The notes below the pieces were generated by a model. That model ran no database searches and was not told where the DNA came from. It saw only the letters and a program-made list of their open reading frames with translations. 10,132 nt of DNA from a virus. Below, in pieces: positions 7,512 to 10,132 of the stretch. The stretch lies in the IMG/VR virus record IMGVR_UViG_3300032053_009076; one strand, given 5' to 3'. Position numbers and translations under genes: made by a program. Each line of letters begins with the position of its first letter. Positions within the stretch are counted from its first letter, which is position 1.

Positions 7512-7748
7512 ATGAAAGATCTAGTAATTACGATGCCTATGAGTTCGGTCATATTGCAAATACTTCGAAAGATTGAAGCATCAGCAGAACAAGCGTCGAC
7601 AGGAAAAGTTCCAATAGATGATACTTATACAGTAAACTTAACTAGATTTGATATAGGTACAGTCGGACAATGTATCAAATCTCTAGAAGAGCTTGAAAGA
7701 GAAAAGACAAGAAATGGAAAAGGTCTTTCTGAGAATTCAAATGAGTAG
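7512..7748 (+). CDS. 78-aa hypothetical protein.
   Basis: ATG at 7512 with a strong 'ggagg' SD at -7. No motif recognised. Confidence 0.55.
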   Translation: MKDLVITMPMSSVILQILRKIEASAEQASTGKVPIDDTYTVNLTRFDIGTVGQCIKSLEELEREKTRNGKGLSENSNE

Positions 7749-7977
7749 AGCAATATATGTGTTATCAATACCTAAATTTGTTTGTACAAATGATGTTTTG
7801 CCATTTGTAGAGCAATGGAAAAAAGACTATACTTCTGAATTTGGCCCTTTAATTGTCCTTGTGGATGGTATGCATCTCATTCGTTTGGATAAAGAAGAAT
7901 TAAAGATATGCAAGGATAAAGAAGAACTCCTTGAACTTATTAAGGAAAAAGAAATTGCATCGATGCCCGTAGGATAA
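7741..7977 (+). CDS. ~78-aa hypothetical protein (alternative starts TTG 7693 or ATG 7714). Predicted beta-alpha-beta pattern. Ends in '…MPVG' with a terminal Gly.
   Basis: ATG at 7741 overlaps the upstream stop (ATGAGTAG). The protein 'MSRAIYVLSIP…GPLIVLVDGMHLIRLD…IASMPVG' ends in Gly. Confidence 0.45.
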   Translation: MSRAIYVLSIPKFVCTNDVLPFVEQWKKDYTSEFGPLIVLVDGMHLIRLDKEELKICKDKEELLELIKEKEIASMPVG

Positions 7978-8019
7978 ACTATTAGTAAGATATTTTTTCT
8001 TCTAATAGGAGATATTGAT

Positions 8020-8175
8020 ATGATGAAAATGGCATCGTTTACACTTCCAGACCAGACTGTTGTCTTTTTAGAAAAACTGGTAGAGAAAACTGGTTTGAAA
8101 AAATCTGATCTTGTTCGAAGAGCAATTGAAGATTTTTATAAGAAGAAGATTAGAGATGAGAAAGCTGAATCCTAA
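8020..8175 (+). CDS. Ribbon-helix-helix (CopG/Arc/MetJ-like) DNA-binding protein, 51 aa.
   Basis: ATG at 8020 with 'aggag' SD at -9. 'MMKMASFTLPDQTVVFLEKLVEKTGLKKSDLVRRAIEDFY' is a classic RHH: N-terminal beta-strand, helix A, then a 'KSDLVRRAI' helix B. Confidence 0.75.
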   Translation: MMKMASFTLPDQTVVFLEKLVEKTGLKKSDLVRRAIEDFYKKKIRDEKAES

Positions 8176-8914
8176 TCCAGTTTTTTATGTTTATGCCTAT
8201 TTAGATCCACGAAAACCAGGAAATTTTCAATATAGAGATTCTATTATATTTAATTGTGAACCATATCTAATTGGAAAAGGTCATAAAAAGAGAGATGTAT
8301 CTCATTTGAAATCAGTATTAAATGATAAAATTGATAGATGCAATCTTCATAAGACTTATAAAATTAAACAAATTCTAGAGGAAGGATTTGAACCAATTAT
8401 TATAAGAATTTATGAAAATCTTTATGAAGACCAAGCATTTGAAACCGAAATATTTATGATACGCCAGATTGGTAGACGAGACTTAGATTTGGGTCCTCTT
8501 GTAAATTTATCAGCTGGTGGAGAAGGAAATTCCGGATATATTCAAACAATAGAACACAAACGTTTGCATGGAAAACAGATCAGAGAAAATTATAAAGATC
8601 ATAACTTTCGTGAGAAATACTCCAAGATAATGCAGGAATGCTGTAATTGCCCAGAATATAAAGAAAAACAGAAAATGAATTCTCTTCGTTTATGGAAAGA
8701 TCAGGAATATAGAAAAAGACGAAAAGAATCTATAACAGAAGAAACTAAGAAAAAACAAAAAGATAAACTTAGTATTAAAATGATGGAAAAATGGAAAGAT
8801 CCGGAATTTAGAAATAAAATATTAATGGCAAAATTACATAAAAAGGAATTAAGAAAATGTGCGGAATTAGTGGATACTTCGCAAGAGAGTCAAAACCTAA
8901 CAAAGGCATTCTAA
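8156..8914 (+). CDS. Free-standing GIY-YIG homing endonuclease with C-terminal tandem basic (NUMOD-like) DNA-binding repeats. Alternative upstream start at 8111.
   Basis: 'PVFYVYAYLDPRK…YLIGKGHKKRD…ETEIFMIRQIG…VNLSAGGEGNSG' gives GIY…YIG with conserved Arg, Glu and Asn in canonical spacing. The C-terminal half has three Lys/Arg-rich repeats ('HKRLHGKQIRENYKD', 'KMNSLRLWKDQEYRKRR', 'KLSIKMMEKWKDPEFRNKI'). The gene overlaps both the RHH gene's 3' end and the downstream gene's 5' end. Confidence 0.8.
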   Translation: MRKLNPNPVFYVYAYLDPRKPGNFQYRDSIIFNCEPYLIGKGHKKRDVSHLKSVLNDKIDRCNLHKTYKIKQILEEGFEPIIIRIYENLYEDQAFETEIFMIRQIGRRDLDLGPLVNLSAGGEGNSGYIQTIEHKRLHGKQIRENYKDHNFREKYSKIMQECCNCPEYKEKQKMNSLRLWKDQEYRKRRKESITEETKKKQKDKLSIKMMEKWKDPEFRNKILMAKLHKKELRKCAELVDTSQESQNLTKAF

Positions 8915-10132
8915 GAGGTCTTTTCGAAGAAGGTTCAAAAAGAGGCACAGATGGTTTTGGTTGGGTTTTAATACATAGAAAACAATGTATTTCGCACAGA
9001 AAATATAAAGGTCTTCCTGATTTTCGTGACGTTTTACATGGTATGCCTGTTACTTTAGAACTTGGTGATATAATATTATCCAATTCACGTGCGGCGCCAG
9101 AAACAGAATCCGCAGTAAATGAATCAAAACTAGAACAAACTGTTCAACCAGTAATATTGGATGATCAGGGGTTATATTTAGTTCATAATGGAAGTTGCTC
9201 TAACTTTATTGTTAATGAACTTAAAAAGAAATATACTTTTCAAACAGACATCGATTCAGAAGCTATACTTTGGGCATATATTAAATTTGGTAGAAATATG
9301 CAAGAAGCTATGGAATATCTTTCTGGGGGTTTTGCTTTTCTGATGATGGATACGATAAAAAATAAACTTTTTGCAGTCACAACCCACAACCCATTATATA
9401 CTGGATATGTACGTGGTCATGGTTTATTCTTTTCTTCTACTGAAGAAGGTGTATTACAGACAGTTTCTAAGTTAAAAGGGGTAACCATCAACAAAAATAC
9501 TTTAACTGTTTGGGAAGATTATTATATTCATCAGATATCAGAGAATACTATACAAGAAATAGATCTTGACAGCGGGATGGTAAATGAATATAAATTTGAA
9601 CCAAGATATGTTACGAGCACCTATGATTGTTACAATAAAGAAATGAATGATAAACCAGTTGTTCTTGTAGCATCCTCTGGCGGACTAGATAGTTCAACCA
9701 CCTTAGCGGCCCTCAAGGAGGCGGAGATGAATCCTGTTGCTGTACACTTTAAGTACGGGCATCGTGGCCAGGAGGCGGAGGAAATCGCTATAAGGGAGGT
9801 TGTAAAGTTACTTGATATTCCATTATATACGTTCAATATTTCGGAAAACATGAAGATATTGGATTCTGGAATGTTGACCGATAAAGATGCCAAGATTATT
9901 ACAGGAACAGATGCCGGTTTGAAAACAACGGCTGCTTGGACTGTATATAGGAATCATCTATTCATGACTTATATGGGGGCCTTGGCAGAATCACTGATAA
10001 TGAAGGACAATTACTCACAGGTATTCTTGACCGGTGGATTTATGAATCTTTCTGAATCAGGCAGTTATCCGGACAATTCAGAAAGATTCATTGATGCAGC
10101 AATGAAGTTTTTCAAGTTTTCTATAACCGGTA
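8857..10132 (+). CDS. Gat-QueC fusion, 3'-truncated. It has an N-terminal class-II (Ntn) glutamine amidotransferase domain fused to a QueC-like PP-loop ATPase (7-cyano-7-deazaguanine synthase family). Proposed role: 7-deazaguanine (dADG/dG+ type) DNA modification.
   Basis: Starts 'MCGISGYF' (Ntn catalytic Cys2) with the 'LVHNGSCSNF' GATase motif. Then 'PVVLVASSGGLDSSTTLAALKEAEMNPVAVHFKYGHRGQEAEEIAIREVVKLLDI' matches the QueC N-terminal signature 'SGGxDS…(Y/F)xYGQRH…E'. The frame is open to the window end. SD 'aagga' is at -14. Confidence 0.8.
   Translation, partial: MCGISGYFARESKPNKGILRGLFEEGSKRGTDGFGWVLIHRKQCISHRKYKGLPDFRDVLHGMPVTLELGDIILSNSRAAPETESAVNESKLEQTVQPVILDDQGLYLVHNGSCSNFIVNELKKKYTFQTDIDSEAILWAYIKFGRNMQEAMEYLSGGFAFLMMDTIKNKLFAVTTHNPLYTGYVRGHGLFFSSTEEGVLQTVSKLKGVTINKNTLTVWEDYYIHQISENTIQEIDLDSGMVNEYKFEPRYVTSTYDCYNKEMNDKPVVLVASSGGLDSSTTLAALKEAEMNPVAVHFKYGHRGQEAEEIAIREVVKLLDIPLYTFNISENMKILDSGMLTDKDAKIITGTDAGLKTTAAWTVYRNHLFMTYMGALAESLIMKDNYSQVFLTGGFMNLSESGSYPDNSERFIDAAMKFFKFSITG

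Noticed and set aside
8111-8155. Upstream ATG 8111 as the start of the GIY-YIG gene
   Set aside because: It would overlap 65 nt of the RHH gene and adds a non-conserved N-terminal extension. ATG 8156 sits just before the GIY motif and is preferred. It is kept as an alternative in the feature note.
8808-9083. Minus-strand 91-aa ORF across the HEG/gat-queC junction
   Set aside because: Antisense to two motif-supported genes. No support.
9630-9893. Minus-strand 87-aa ORF
   Set aside because: Antisense to the QueC PP-loop region. Spurious.

Overview
The window is AT-rich and densely coding. All credible genes are on the + strand, with short Shine-Dalgarno-preceded intergenic gaps or overlapping start/stop codons. 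This layout, plus a free-standing GIY-YIG homing endonuclease and a Gat-QueC fusion gene, points to a dsDNA phage or prophage segment rather than core bacterial chromosome. The clearest signal is a contiguous co-directional block at ~1357-7445 that encodes, in order: (i) a 517-aa protein whose C-terminal domain carries a UBC/E2-like 'HPN…G-x-C' catalytic motif; (ii) a ThiF/MoeB/E1-like adenylyltransferase with a GxGxxG Rossmann motif, 'DxDxxExSNLNR' and 'DCxDN'; (iii) a JAB/JAMM metallopeptidase with HxHx7Sx2D; and (iv) an ~860-aa full-length homologue of eukaryotic major vault protein (MVP repeats, shoulder and cap-helix coiled coil, cap-ring-like C-terminus). This looks like a Bil/Cap2-Cap3-type ubiquitin-like conjugation cassette linked to a vault-shell protein. 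No ubiquitin-like or target gene is obvious. Downstream are two small ORFs, a ribbon-helix-helix protein, a GIY-YIG homing endonuclease overlapping both neighbours, and the 5' ~425 codons of a Gat-QueC fusion, which suggests 7-deazaguanine DNA hypermodification. Two strong GC-rich hairpins sit in intergenic gaps; neither has a U-tract. All calls rest on motif recognition by eye; no searches were run.
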